A stretch of 63,042 nt of DNA from a virus (lineage: Duplodnaviria > Caudoviricetes). How positions within the stretch are numbered: position 1 is the stretch's first letter; each line of letters begins with the position of its first letter. This document shows, piece by piece, positions 1-9,989 of the stretch. The DNA lies in IMG/VR virus record IMGVR_UViG_3300043410_000495, positions 1 through 63,042 of that record. The stretch is one strand, 5' to 3'. Under the pieces are notes generated by a model that worked only from the letters and a program-made list of their open reading frames with translations, was not told where the DNA came from and searched no databases. Position numbers and translations under genes: made by a program.

Positions 1-382
1 ACAAGATTCTTAAATCCACTATATTTTCATTTTCTTCCCCACAATGTGGGCATGTACTAGTAATATCCATCCCATTACCATAACTTGCTATTCTAATTGC
101 TATTAAAACAGAATCAATATCTGCAGTGGGAACCCCCCATCCATTTTTAATATTTGGACAGCAACTTTGTATTACTTCCACTACCCCACTACCGTTCATT
201 AATGCATCTGGAGTTTTAAACGTTATTTCATCTTTTACCGTCATAGGATATACTGGAATTTGACCAGTTGGAGGTATATCTATATCATTTTCATTCCAAA
301 ATCGCCCCCCACTTGGTAAGTCTAGATAAACTGCAGGTTGACGAAAATGTTTGAATAACGGATTTGCGGCTGGAATTGCCAT
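1..382 (-). CDS. gp26: T4 gp26-like baseplate hub subunit (partial, runs off the left edge)
   Basis: Not in the ORF track; translated by hand from ATG at 382: MAIPAANPLFKHFRQPAVYLDLPSGG...PVYPMTVKDEITFKTPDALMNG...DIDSVLIAIRIASYG...CPHC. The LPS...PMTxKDE...IRxxSYG...CPxC pattern is typical of gp26-like proteins. A minus-strand TATAAATA lies at 413-420. Confidence 0.75.
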   Translation of the reverse strand, partial: MAIPAANPLFKHFRQPAVYLDLPSGGRFWNENDIDIPPTGQIPVYPMTVKDEITFKTPDALMNGSGVVEVIQSCCPNIKNGWGVPTADIDSVLIAIRIASYGNGMDITSTCPHCGEENENIVDLRIL

Positions 383-393
383 ATTTTGATCCC

Positions 394-420
394 CATAAAT
401 AATTGATATGATTATTTATA
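394..420. promoter_or_regulatory. Divergent pair of T4-late-type promoters
   Basis: CATAAATA on + (394-401) and TATAAATA on - (413-420) between the divergent genes. Confidence 0.65.
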
Positions 421-429
421 GGCTTAAAA

Positions 430-2616
430 ATGGCATCTGCTGATATTCCTGGCGTTGGTAGAGTTGAAATAAATGGTATTGCTGAAGAAGCAACCATGCG
501 TGAATTGCTGCGCACAATGACAGCAATGTCAAACAAAAATCGTAGGTTTGACACAGATTTAGCACAATCTTTCAAAGGTATAGACAGAAGCGCTGATGAC
601 ATAACCAGTTCAATGAACAATATGTCCTCATCGGCTAGAATGGCATCCAGTAGTACTACATCACTATACAATGAACTTCAAGGTCAATTATCCAAATCTG
701 GTAATGCTGTTGGGGATTTGGGTAGCTATGCTCTTACCTTTGGACATGATCTTCTATCTACATCCACTCTAATCAGTAAAGAATGGGCGAAATCATTTAA
801 CGCTTCAACAATAGCTGATCCTGTTGCCGTTGCTGCTGGAACCATTAATGCTGGACTTACGTTAGCAGGTGATAGTGCTGGATTATTTTCTAATGCGATG
901 GGCAGATTAGCCTCAACCGTATTAGGTCCTTTTGGTACTGCGCTAGGACTTGCTGGCGCAGATGTTTCCAAATTGGGGTCTAGGGTACTTGGTATAATTA
1001 ACGAACACCTCGCCAAAGAATTGACATTATCAATTAAAACCATGCATGATTTTGCCATGATGGGTGGTAACTTTGCAGGTAGTATTGATGAAATTAGACA
1101 AACAGCATCTCTTTCTCATTTAAATTTAGAGCAATTTGCGAAAGTAGTTAAAAACAATCGTGAAGAATTGCAAGGTCTAGGGCAAGCCACCGATTTATCA
1201 ACCAAACGTTTTGCTACTTTTATGGGAGCAATGGATACTGAACGATCTAATTTTGGTAGAACTTTCAGACAAGAACTTCGTGCTATGGGTTATGACGTAG
1301 AAGCACAAGGTGATGTAATGGCTAGTTATTTGCAAATTCTTCGTTCTACAATGAGTCAACAACAATTTAATAATTTGCAAGCACGTCAAGTGGCGGAAGG
1401 TACACGTGAATATGCTGGTAATTTAAAAATTCTAGCAGAGTTTACAGGTAAAGATGCAAAAGCATTAATGGAAAAAGCACGTGCAGAAAGCATGCGTGGT
1501 GCATTAATGAACCAATTAGATGGTAAGCAAAAAGAAGCATTTCACTTATCCACTGCCGCCCTTTATAAACTACCAGAGGATATCAGAGGACCAGTTCAAA
1601 ATGCATTAATGCAATATATTGCAGGAGGCACTATTACTGAACCTACAATTGCCGCTAATGAAAGAATGATGGAATTTGTTGTAGGATTGGCTGAAAAAAT
1701 CAAAGTTGGTGGCACTAATATGACCGATTTTACATTAAAACAAATCGGTGTATTACAGCAACAAACAATTGAGTATAACAAATTAACAGGTGGTATTGAG
1801 TCCATGAATGCACTATTTGGTGCTAGCGGCATTGTTCAAAATCTAGGAAAAATGAATGACGCACTGCTTGCAATGAAACCAATTGATCCAAAAGAAGTAG
1901 CTGCATCCAGAGCAAACATGAAAAGCATGGCAGAAGCAGAGGGTGAGGTTGTTGAGGGATATCTACGTGCCCAACAACAAGCACAAAATTTTGCTAATTT
2001 CTTGAGTTCTCTTGGAACACAATTGCTTCCTACCTATAGTGGTGTTATTGGTGATACAGTAAAAATTACCACTGAAGCGATTAAAATCATGATTAAATCA
2101 ATTGGTGGTTCTGATACAAGTCGTGATGTTGATAGATTAGTAAAAAATGTAGATGAGGCATTTGATAGAATACAACGTAATATTCAGAATATACCACAAC
2201 GTGCTGATGGAGATATTGTTAATGGCGCTCAACTATCATGGATTGGCGAAGCAGGACCAGAAGCTATTATACCATTAAAAAATGGTAAAACTATTCCAGT
2301 TGAGTTTAGTCAAAAAACAAACCAAGCAGATCCAAATGGTTTGATCATGAATTCAAAACAAAACAAAGATCAGCAAGATAATTCTAAAATGGTTGAAAAA
2401 TTGCCAGAAGTTATTGCATCTGCTTTAGAAAATGCCCTGAAAAATTCAGACGATAAATTTTCCACAGCTATTGCTGATTTAAAAAATGGTTTAATTTCAA
2501 CGTCAAAAGACCAAACCAATATATTATATCAACAAGCAGAAAAGTTAGACAATTTAGTAACTGCCATGCAGGATAACACACGTGCCAGCGAACAAATTGC
2601 CTATAGCATGTCATAA
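430..2616 (+). CDS. Putative tape-measure-like / baseplate hub tail protein
   Basis: 728 aa, helical and Ala/Gln/Leu-rich; C-terminal ADG...WIGEAGPEAIIPL motif common in tape measure proteins; adjacent to gp26-like gene. Confidence 0.55.
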   Translation: MASADIPGVGRVEINGIAEEATMRELLRTMTAMSNKNRRFDTDLAQSFKGIDRSADDITSSMNNMSSSARMASSSTTSLYNELQGQLSKSGNAVGDLGSYALTFGHDLLSTSTLISKEWAKSFNASTIADPVAVAAGTINAGLTLAGDSAGLFSNAMGRLASTVLGPFGTALGLAGADVSKLGSRVLGIINEHLAKELTLSIKTMHDFAMMGGNFAGSIDEIRQTASLSHLNLEQFAKVVKNNREELQGLGQATDLSTKRFATFMGAMDTERSNFGRTFRQELRAMGYDVEAQGDVMASYLQILRSTMSQQQFNNLQARQVAEGTREYAGNLKILAEFTGKDAKALMEKARAESMRGALMNQLDGKQKEAFHLSTAALYKLPEDIRGPVQNALMQYIAGGTITEPTIAANERMMEFVVGLAEKIKVGGTNMTDFTLKQIGVLQQQTIEYNKLTGGIESMNALFGASGIVQNLGKMNDALLAMKPIDPKEVAASRANMKSMAEAEGEVVEGYLRAQQQAQNFANFLSSLGTQLLPTYSGVIGDTVKITTEAIKIMIKSIGGSDTSRDVDRLVKNVDEAFDRIQRNIQNIPQRADGDIVNGAQLSWIGEAGPEAIIPLKNGKTIPVEFSQKTNQADPNGLIMNSKQNKDQQDNSKMVEKLPEVIASALENALKNSDDKFSTAIADLKNGLISTSKDQTNILYQQAEKLDNLVTAMQDNTRASEQIAYSMS

Positions 2617-2648
2617 CTCCATAAATATAGGATAATGAGAGTTAATTT

Positions 2649-4373
2649 ATGACTTGGCGCAAGTATTTTAAATCTGGAAATTTACCTAGCAATGTTAGCC
2701 CACTTGGTGGTGGGCGTTCCCCTGAACCTGGATATCGTAATTACCAAAGCAATCTACCAGAAGTTTATATTGGTCATCCAAACCGTATTGAGCGTTATAA
2801 TCAATATGAACAAATGGATATGGATTCAGAGATCAATGCTGCTCTAGACATTCTTGCAGAGTTCATGACTCAAAAAAATGAAGCAAATAATACTGCATTT
2901 GATGTTCATTTTAAAGAAAAACCAACAGACAATGAAGTAAAAATTATCAAAGAGCAACTGCAACAGTGGGTTGCCCTAAATGAATTAAACAAAAGAATAT
3001 TTAAAATTATTCGTAATACCATAAAATATGGTGACCAAGTATTTGTTCGTGATCCAGAAACATTTAAAATGTTTTGGGTTGAGATGTCAAAAGTTGTAAA
3101 AGTTATTGTTAATGAGGGCGAAGGTAAAAAGCCAGAACAATATATTCTTAAAGAAATTAATCCAAATTTTCAAAACTTAACAGTTACTGCAGTATCTACA
3201 TCAGACACGTTTATTAATCATCCACAAGTTGGTGGTCCTAGTGGCGCATATGTTCAGCCATCGGCACCATGGGGTGGTGGCAGTAGATTTACACATGCTC
3301 AAAATGAAGCGGCTATTAATGCAGAACATATTGTTCACCTAAGTTTAACCGAAGGTCTTGATATCTACTGGCCATTTGGTAATTCTGTATTAGAAAACGT
3401 ATTCAAAGTATTCAAACAAAAAGAATTACTTGAAGACGCTATTATTATCTATCGTGTACAACGTGCTCCAGAACGTCGTGTGTTTAGTATTGACGTTGGT
3501 AATATGCCTAGTCACATGGCAATGGCTTATGTTGAACGTATTAAGAACGAAATTCACCAGCGTCGCATCCCTACCCAAACTGGTGGTGGGTCTAACATGA
3601 TGGATGCAACCTATAATCCACTATCACAAATGGAAGATTACTTCTTCCCAAAAACTGCAGATGGTCGTGGATCAAGTGTTGACACACTGGCTGGCGCAGC
3701 AAACTTGGGTGAAATCACTGATTTGCGATTCTTTACCAATAAATTATTCCGTGGATTGCGTATTCCTGCATCATATTTACCAACTGGGGTAGATGATGGG
3801 ACACAGGCAGTAAACGATGGTCGTGTTGGTACTGCATTAATTCAAGAATGGCGTTTTAATCAATACTGTAAGCGTTTACAGGCTATGATTGTGGATAAGT
3901 TGGATCAAGAATTCAAACTATTCATGCGTTGGCGTGGTATCAATATTGACAGTCAACTGTTTGATTTAACCTTTGAAGAGCCACAAAACTTTGCACAATA
4001 CCGTCAAGCAGATATTGATAGTGCCAGAATTGCTACATTTACACAGTTAGAAGCATACCCTTATCTAAGTAAACGTTGGTTAATGAAGCGTTATCTTGGA
4101 TTAAGTGAACAAGAAATGAGCGAAAACGAAACCATGTGGGCTGAAGAACAGGGTGATGTTGAACAAGCACCATCAGAAAATCCAAATCTACGTAGTGTAG
4201 GAATTAGTCCTGGTGGTATAGCAGGTGATTTAGAAAATGTAGCCCCAATGCCAGATCAACAAATGGGTGGTGGGGTAGCACCAGATCAAACACAATCAAT
4301 GAGTCCCATGGGAGGAGCCGCACCAGGTGCTGCTGCTGGAGTCAATGCAGTAGGCACACCAGGTACAATTTAA
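2649..4373 (+). CDS. gp20: Portal vertex protein
   Basis: LLEDAIIIYRVQRAPERRVFSIDVGNMP, EDYFFP, LGEITDLRFFTNKLFRGLRIP are T4 gp20 motifs; late box CATAAATA at 2620-2627. Confidence 0.95.
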   Translation: MTWRKYFKSGNLPSNVSPLGGGRSPEPGYRNYQSNLPEVYIGHPNRIERYNQYEQMDMDSEINAALDILAEFMTQKNEANNTAFDVHFKEKPTDNEVKIIKEQLQQWVALNELNKRIFKIIRNTIKYGDQVFVRDPETFKMFWVEMSKVVKVIVNEGEGKKPEQYILKEINPNFQNLTVTAVSTSDTFINHPQVGGPSGAYVQPSAPWGGGSRFTHAQNEAAINAEHIVHLSLTEGLDIYWPFGNSVLENVFKVFKQKELLEDAIIIYRVQRAPERRVFSIDVGNMPSHMAMAYVERIKNEIHQRRIPTQTGGGSNMMDATYNPLSQMEDYFFPKTADGRGSSVDTLAGAANLGEITDLRFFTNKLFRGLRIPASYLPTGVDDGTQAVNDGRVGTALIQEWRFNQYCKRLQAMIVDKLDQEFKLFMRWRGINIDSQLFDLTFEEPQNFAQYRQADIDSARIATFTQLEAYPYLSKRWLMKRYLGLSEQEMSENETMWAEEQGDVEQAPSENPNLRSVGISPGGIAGDLENVAPMPDQQMGGGVAPDQTQSMSPMGGAAPGAAAGVNAVGTPGTI

Positions 4374-4394
4374 CATAATTTGGTAAATATCAAT

Positions 4395-4625
4395 ATGTAC
4401 ATTACCGAATTATACGAACCACCAAAACCTGGTCATCAAAATGAAAAAGATGACCAGAGTATCCTTAGTTTAAAAGATTTACGTAAAAGCGCAAGGCTTA
4501 CTTTTGCTGATTTAAATCGTCTTCGTATGGCAAATGATGTTAGAAAAGTTGAACACGAAGATAAATTAGAAAAAGTTGCAAAACAGTATAAACCACCTGC
4601 AGCAATGCAACCAGGCATGGTTTAA
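4395..4625 (+). CDS. Small prohead core-type protein
   Basis: Position between portal and protease (gp67/68 slot in T4); start moved to ATG 4395 (MYITELYE), 5 nt after GGTAAATA. Confidence 0.5.
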   Translation: MYITELYEPPKPGHQNEKDDQSILSLKDLRKSARLTFADLNRLRMANDVRKVEHEDKLEKVAKQYKPPAAMQPGMV

Positions 4626-4715
4626 CGCAAAATACCCCGAAAAACACCTATTATAAGGCAAAAACTATGGTTTTTTGTAAATATAATACAGCCATATTAT
4701 TTTAAGGAGTTCCTA

Positions 4716-5708
4716 ATGAACAAATATGAAAAACTGATTGAACACATTATTAACAATGACGAAGCAAAAGCACGTGCATTGTTTCATGACATTGTAGTAG
4801 AAAAATCTCGTGAAATCTATGAATCTTTAATGGACGAAGAGTCAATGGAAGAAGATATCCATGCTCAGAACCCAGTTGAAGGCATGGTTGACGAAATCAC
4901 TATGGACGAAACCCATATCGGCGAAGACGATGAAGAGGGTTCAGAGATGGAATTTGATCTAGATTCTAGCGATGGTGATGAATTAGGTGGTGATTTACCA
5001 GCCGATGGTATGGATGACATGGGTGGTGAAGAAGACCTAGAAACCAAAGTTATGGATTTAGAGGCAGAATTAGATAGCCTAAAAGCAGAATTCGCAAAGA
5101 TTTCTGGCGACATGGGTGACGAAGAAGGTGACGAAGAGTCATTTGGTGACGAAGGCGACGAAGAAGGTGACGAAGAGTCATTTGGTGACGAAGGCGACGA
5201 AGAAGAGTCTCCTGAAGAAATGTATGAATCATCTGAAGAAGATGATGATGAAGAGGAAGATGACGAAGAAGAAATGACTGAATCACGTCAGCGTCCACGA
5301 TATCAAAAAACAGCAGTTGATTTAATGCGTGAATACGTAGAAAAAATCAGCGCACCTAGCAACACTGAATTTACTCCTGTAGGTACTGGTACTGGTGGCG
5401 ATAAGCCAGCAGGTAACACCAAGAACCCACTAGCAGGTAAAAATGATATGGGTGGTACAACCGCTAATATCGTTAAAGGTGGAACTGAACAGGCACCTGA
5501 TGGTAATTCACCAAAAGGTAAAGCAGGTGGATTCTTAAAGAATGCACAAGAAATTGATGTTGCTAAACGCAATGTTAATAAGCCTGGTGGCAACAAAGGT
5601 GCTCAAGATTGGTACAATACTAAAGCATCTGCTAAGAAGGGCGAAGGACAAACTACCGACGGTTCAGTTCCAGTGCAGAAGAAAAGCATTGAACCAGGTG
5701 GTAACTAA
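4716..5708 (+). CDS. Highly acidic prohead core / internal head protein
   Basis: D/E-rich middle, low-complexity G/K/N C-terminus, SD AAGGAG, late box TGTAAATA at 4676-4683, head-module position. Confidence 0.6.
   Translation: MNKYEKLIEHIINNDEAKARALFHDIVVEKSREIYESLMDEESMEEDIHAQNPVEGMVDEITMDETHIGEDDEEGSEMEFDLDSSDGDELGGDLPADGMDDMGGEEDLETKVMDLEAELDSLKAEFAKISGDMGDEEGDEESFGDEGDEEGDEESFGDEGDEEESPEEMYESSEEDDDEEEDDEEEMTESRQRPRYQKTAVDLMREYVEKISAPSNTEFTPVGTGTGGDKPAGNTKNPLAGKNDMGGTTANIVKGGTEQAPDGNSPKGKAGGFLKNAQEIDVAKRNVNKPGGNKGAQDWYNTKASAKKGEGQTTDGSVPVQKKSIEPGGN
5114..5205 (+). repeat. 39-bp tandem coding repeat (GDEEGDEESFGDE x2+)
   Basis: gacgaagaaggtgacgaagagtcatttggtgacgaaggc repeated directly. 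Confidence 0.85.
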
Positions 5709-5723
5709 TTAGGGCACAATAAT

Positions 5724-6365
5724 ATGGCTTTGTACCTAAGAGAGAATCTTACCTTTGACCATGCGAAGATGGAAATCCTATCCGAGGATTCCACAAGTGG
5801 CGAGGGTAAGAATCTATATATGAAGGGGATATTCATTCAGGGAGGCGTTAAAAACGCTAACCAACGTGTTTATCCCGTTCAAGAAATTTCTAAAGCCGTA
5901 GAACAGATCAATCATCAAATCAAGGACGGATATTCTGTTCTTGGTGAAGTTGATCATCCTGATGACCTAAAGATTAATTTGGATCGTGTTTCACATATGA
6001 TTGAACAAATGTGGATGGACGGTCCTTGCGGTTACGGTAAACTAAAAATTCTTCCAACACCAATGGGTAAACTAGTTGAGGCTATGATTACTAGTGGTGT
6101 TAAGTTGGGTGTTAGTAGCCGTGGATCCGGTGAAGTAAACGAGAGTACTGGGCATGTTAGCGGTTTTGATATTATTACTGTTGATATTGTTGCTCAACCT
6201 TCGGCACCAAATGCATATCCAAAAGCGATTTACGAAGGACTTATGAATATGCAGCATGGGCAACGTGTGTTAGAGATAGCTAAAGATGCTACTCAAAATC
6301 AACGAGTACAAAAGTACCTGAAAGAGGAAGTCACACGCCTCATCAAAGACCTGAAGTTAAAATAG
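5724..6365 (+). CDS. gp21: Prohead core protein protease
   Basis: GIFIQGGVKNANQRVYP, GEVDHP, LGVSSRGSG, DIVAQPSAPNA: T4 gp21 catalytic His/Ser motifs. Confidence 0.95.
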   Translation: MALYLRENLTFDHAKMEILSEDSTSGEGKNLYMKGIFIQGGVKNANQRVYPVQEISKAVEQINHQIKDGYSVLGEVDHPDDLKINLDRVSHMIEQMWMDGPCGYGKLKILPTPMGKLVEAMITSGVKLGVSSRGSGEVNESTGHVSGFDIITVDIVAQPSAPNAYPKAIYEGLMNMQHGQRVLEIAKDATQNQRVQKYLKEEVTRLIKDLKLK

Positions 6366-6375
6366 GAGAAACTGT

Positions 6376-7479
6376 ATGACACTAGAAGCACTTAAACCGT
6401 TGTTAGATAGTGGCATTATTAATGAAGACACTCAGCAAGCGATCACTGAAGCTTGGGAAACCAAACTTTTAGAGGCTCGTGAGACAGTACGTGCTGAACT
6501 TCGTGAAGAATTTGCGCAACGCTATCAACATGACAAGCAAGTTATGGTTGAAGCTCTAGATCGTATGGTAACTGAATCTCTACAAGCAGAATTAGAAGAA
6601 TTTGCTTCAGAGAAACAAAAACTAGCAGAAGATCGTGTTAAGTTTAAAACTTTCATGACCGAAAGCAGCAGTAAGTTCAATGATTTTATGGTAGGTAAAC
6701 TAGCAGAAGAAATCAAAGAACTACGTCAAGATCGTAAAGTTTATGAAAATTCTATTAAAAAGATGGAAACTTTCGTAATTCACGCTCTGGCAGAAGAAAT
6801 TCAAGAGTTTGAGCAAGATAAGCAAGCAGTGGTTGAGACAAAAGTTCGTCTAATCGCTGGTGCTAAAGAAAAACTTGCTGAACTACAACAGAATTTCGTT
6901 ACACGTGCTGCAGACCTAGTTAAAGAAACAGTTGCCAAAAACCTAGAGTCTGAAATGACTCAACTCAAAGAAGATATCCATCATGCTCGTGAGAACATGT
7001 TTGGTCGTCAAATCTTTGAAGCCTTTGCAAGCGAGTTCGCTGTTACTCATCTAAATGAGAACAAAGAAATCCGTAAGTTACAGGCTGTTATTGCTTCTAA
7101 AGAGCAAGCGTTGGCGGAAGCCAATCAGCAAGCATCTAAGGCTGCAATGATTGTTGAATCAAAAGAAAAAGAAATTCGTATTATAAAGGAATCAACAGAG
7201 CGTAAAGAAATTCTTGAAACTTTAATGAAACCTTTAAACAAGGAGAAAGCTTCAATAATGAGCGAACTTCTTGAAAGTGTGCAGACTGCGAAATTACAGT
7301 CAGCATATGATAAGTATCTTCCAGCAGTTCTAAACAACACTGCAACTAAGCCAGCAAAGCAAACTATGCTAGCCGAAAGTCGTGTAGAAGTAACTGGAGA
7401 TAAGTCAGCTAAGAACGTAACAGAAGACAGCAGCGTTAATAACGTTGTTGAAATCAAGCGTCTGGCAGGGCTAAAGTAA
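6376..7479 (+). CDS. gp22: Prohead scaffold protein
   Basis: Long E/K-rich coiled coil between protease and major capsid gene. Confidence 0.8.
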   Translation: MTLEALKPLLDSGIINEDTQQAITEAWETKLLEARETVRAELREEFAQRYQHDKQVMVEALDRMVTESLQAELEEFASEKQKLAEDRVKFKTFMTESSSKFNDFMVGKLAEEIKELRQDRKVYENSIKKMETFVIHALAEEIQEFEQDKQAVVETKVRLIAGAKEKLAELQQNFVTRAADLVKETVAKNLESEMTQLKEDIHHARENMFGRQIFEAFASEFAVTHLNENKEIRKLQAVIASKEQALAEANQQASKAAMIVESKEKEIRIIKESTERKEILETLMKPLNKEKASIMSELLESVQTAKLQSAYDKYLPAVLNNTATKPAKQTMLAESRVEVTGDKSAKNVTEDSSVNNVVEIKRLAGLK

Positions 7480-7505
7480 ACCCTAAATAGGAGAAAAGGA
7501 AAATT

Positions 7506-8699
7506 ATGTCACAAGCACTACTAGAAAGCCGTTGGGGCGAAACTAAAGACGCTCTGCTTGAAGGCTTAAATGGTTCAAAAAGAACCACAATGGGTGTTAT
7601 TCTTGAAAACACTCGTAAGCATCTAATGGAATCTGCAACTGCTGGCGCTACTGCTGCATCAAACGTTGCAACACTAAACCGTGTTATTCTACCAGTTATT
7701 CGTCGTGTAATGCCAACCGTTATTGCTAACGAAATCGTTGGTGTTCAGCCTATGACTGGCCCAGTAGCACAAATCCATACTCTACGTGTTCGTTATGCTG
7801 ATAGCGTAACTGACAGCAGTTCATATGGTACAAGCACTACAGCAGGTGATGAGGCTCTAAGCCCATTCAAGATTGCTGTTGCTTATTCTGGTGCAACTAA
7901 CGGTGGTACCTCTACAACTGGTAAAGCAGCATCAACCAGCACATTAGAAGGTGTTACTGGTAATCGTATCAACGTACAAATCTTAAAACAAGTCGTTGAA
8001 GCTAAGACTCGTAAATTAAGTGCACGTTGGACTTTTGAAGCTGCACAAGATGCACAAGCAATGCATGGTTTAGATATTGAAGCAGAGATTATGGCTGCAT
8101 TAGCACAAGAAATCACTGTTGAAATTGACCAAGAAATTCTAGGTTCATTACGTAGCCTAGCAGCAACTGAGTTCACATTTGACCAGGCTGCTGTTAGTGG
8201 TACTGCTACATTCGTTGGTGACGAACACGCTGCACTAGCTGTTCTAATCAATCGTACAGCAAACCTAATCGCTTCACGTACTCGTCGTGGCGCTGGTAAC
8301 TGGGCAGTTGTTTCACCTGCTTCGTTAACTGTTCTACAGAGTGCAACTACTTCTGCATTTGCACGTACTACAGAAGGCACATTTGAAGCTCCAACTAACA
8401 CTAAGTTTGTTGGTACATTAAATGGCGCAATGCGTATTTACGTTGACTCATATGCACAAGATAGTCAAGCAGTTCTAGTTGGATATAAGGGTTCAAGCGA
8501 GGCAGATGCTGCAGCGTTCTATTGCCCATATATTCCTCTAATGAGTTCTGGTGTTGTATTAGATCCAGCAACTTTTGAGCCAGTAGTTGGTTTCATGACT
8601 CGTTATGGTTACATTGAGTTAACAAACACAGCGTCATCGTTCGGTAACGCTGCTGACTACCTAGGTGAGATCGCTGTTTCTAACCTATCATTCCAGTAA
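7506..8699 (+). CDS. gp23: Major capsid protein
   Basis: GVQPMTGPVAQI, AKTRKLSARWTFEAAQD, EITVEIDQEI, YCPYIPL, FEPVVGFMTRYG are T4 gp23 motifs. Confidence 0.97.
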   Translation: MSQALLESRWGETKDALLEGLNGSKRTTMGVILENTRKHLMESATAGATAASNVATLNRVILPVIRRVMPTVIANEIVGVQPMTGPVAQIHTLRVRYADSVTDSSSYGTSTTAGDEALSPFKIAVAYSGATNGGTSTTGKAASTSTLEGVTGNRINVQILKQVVEAKTRKLSARWTFEAAQDAQAMHGLDIEAEIMAALAQEITVEIDQEILGSLRSLAATEFTFDQAAVSGTATFVGDEHAALAVLINRTANLIASRTRRGAGNWAVVSPASLTVLQSATTSAFARTTEGTFEAPTNTKFVGTLNGAMRIYVDSYAQDSQAVLVGYKGSSEADAAAFYCPYIPLMSSGVVLDPATFEPVVGFMTRYGYIELTNTASSFGNAADYLGEIAVSNLSFQ

Positions 8700-8724
8700 T
8701 CTTCCCTTCGGGATGGGAACAATT

Positions 8725-8748
8725 AAGCCTACTTCGGTAGGCTTTTTT
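8725..8748 (+). terminator. Rho-independent terminator after gp23
   Basis: AAGCCTAC-TTCG-GTAGGCTT-TTTT; preceded by a second hairpin at 8702-8719. Confidence 0.9.
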
Positions 8749-8767
8749 GTTGCTTAGATTTTTATAC

Positions 8768-8775
8768 TATAAATA
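8768..8775 (+). promoter_or_regulatory. T4-late-type promoter
   Basis: Exact TATAAATA. Confidence 0.75.
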
Positions 8776-8821
8776 TTATTGCTCGTGTAGCATTTACACA
8801 CATACACACAAGGAGGTTATC

Positions 8822-9049
8822 ATGAGCAAAACACCTTACGAGATTCGTCTTGAACTTTTACATCTGGCACAGTCCATTTTACAAACTCCAGTTTACGAAA
8901 AACGCAATCAACTACAGAATGAATATCATTCTAAGCTGACTGACGCTAATCGTGAAACTCTTCCGTTTCCAACCTTACCTGATTTTCCAACTACTGTGAA
9001 TATCATCGCTGAGGCCGAAGCACTCAAAAAGTTTGTAGACCAAGCGTAA
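8822..9049 (+). CDS. Small hypothetical protein (MSKTPYEIRLELL...)
   Basis: Strong SD AAGGAGG before ATG 8822; has its own promoter and terminator. Confidence 0.75.
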   Translation: MSKTPYEIRLELLHLAQSILQTPVYEKRNQLQNEYHSKLTDANRETLPFPTLPDFPTTVNIIAEAEALKKFVDQA

Positions 9050-9053
9050 TACT

Positions 9054-9075
9054 AAGGGGCAAAAGCCCCTTTTTT
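9054..9075 (+). terminator. Rho-independent terminator
   Basis: AAGGGGC-AAAA-GCCCCTT-TTTT. Confidence 0.85.
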
Positions 9076-9089
9076 AATAAATATCCTTA

Positions 9090-9140
9090 TCACACTGTGA
9101 TTCTCGGAGCGACACTTCGGGTGGCCTAGAACGTCACAAC
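9090..9140 (+). promoter_or_regulatory. Candidate structured 5'-leader RNA
   Basis: After AATAAATA (9076-9083): TGTGA-TTCT...CAC-TTCGG-GTG...AGAA-(CG)-TCACA bulged hairpin ending just before SD GAGGAG. Confidence 0.45.
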
Positions 9141-9156
9141 ATTGAGGAGAAAATAA

Positions 9157-9948
9157 ATGTCAAATAAATTAAAAATTAGTAAAACCCCCGTTGGTAATAC
9201 TGGAACAGGTACAACACGTACAGATCGTCAGACTAGCCCAACATCAATTACCAGCAGTGGTGTAACAGGTTATCCAGGTAGCGTTGGTGGTGTTTATACA
9301 CAATCTGGTGCACAAATTCATGCACAAGTTGACATTGGAAACGGTGCCACAAATGGTAGTCTACTAACACAAAAAGGTGCACACAAGTTTTTATGTACTG
9401 ATGGTACTACCAGTCCAACTGCGGGAATATCACGTGACGGAAAAGGTCGTAACGTAAGAATTTGTAAGTTAGTTCCAAGTATGGTACCTGATGGTGGTGT
9501 TGTAAATGGTATCGGACAAGTTTCTGTTCCTGTTTATACTGCTGTTATTAGTGGTAACATTGCAGATACTGCTGGTGCACAAACATCAAGTTATCTACTT
9601 TATGACGTAGCAAGCGTACAAGGCAATGGCATCAAAGTTGGCGCAAACGTCATGGGTGCCTTACAACAAAGTATTAGTGGAAACGTAGTCATCACAGCAA
9701 TCAACCCAACTGTTGGTGGTCGTGGTAATGTTACTATTGCTTTCAGTAGCCAAGATGGAGACGTTCCAGCAGGTGATGTAACATTCCAAGTTGGTTTCTT
9801 TGCAGATCGTATTAGCAACCGTTGGGTTTGGGATATCAAAGGTAACAAATATCGTTACTGGAGTCAATTACCAACAACTGGCGCAACATATAACACAGAT
9901 AAAACTAATGGTGTTACAGGTTTTGTTCAGATTCCTGACGCAACCTAA
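9157..9948 (+). CDS. Virion structural protein (possible capsid decoration)
   Basis: G/T/V-rich beta protein; monocistronic late unit right after the major capsid gene; strong SD. Confidence 0.5.
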   Translation: MSNKLKISKTPVGNTGTGTTRTDRQTSPTSITSSGVTGYPGSVGGVYTQSGAQIHAQVDIGNGATNGSLLTQKGAHKFLCTDGTTSPTAGISRDGKGRNVRICKLVPSMVPDGGVVNGIGQVSVPVYTAVISGNIADTAGAQTSSYLLYDVASVQGNGIKVGANVMGALQQSISGNVVITAINPTVGGRGNVTIAFSSQDGDVPAGDVTFQVGFFADRISNRWVWDIKGNKYRYWSQLPTTGATYNTDKTNGVTGFVQIPDAT

Positions 9949-9966
9949 TATTGTTTTACCCAAAAT

Positions 9967-9989
9967 AAACCCGCTTCGGCGGGTTTTTT
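9967..9989 (+). terminator. Rho-independent terminator
   Basis: AAACCCGC-TTCG-GCGGGTTT-TTT. Confidence 0.9.

Noticed and set aside
291-671. 126-aa minus-strand ORF and the many other short antisense ORFs in the track (e.g. 7883-8401, 16283-16726)
   Set aside because: Shadows of long, motif-supported genes on the opposite strand; the real left-edge gene is in another frame starting at 382
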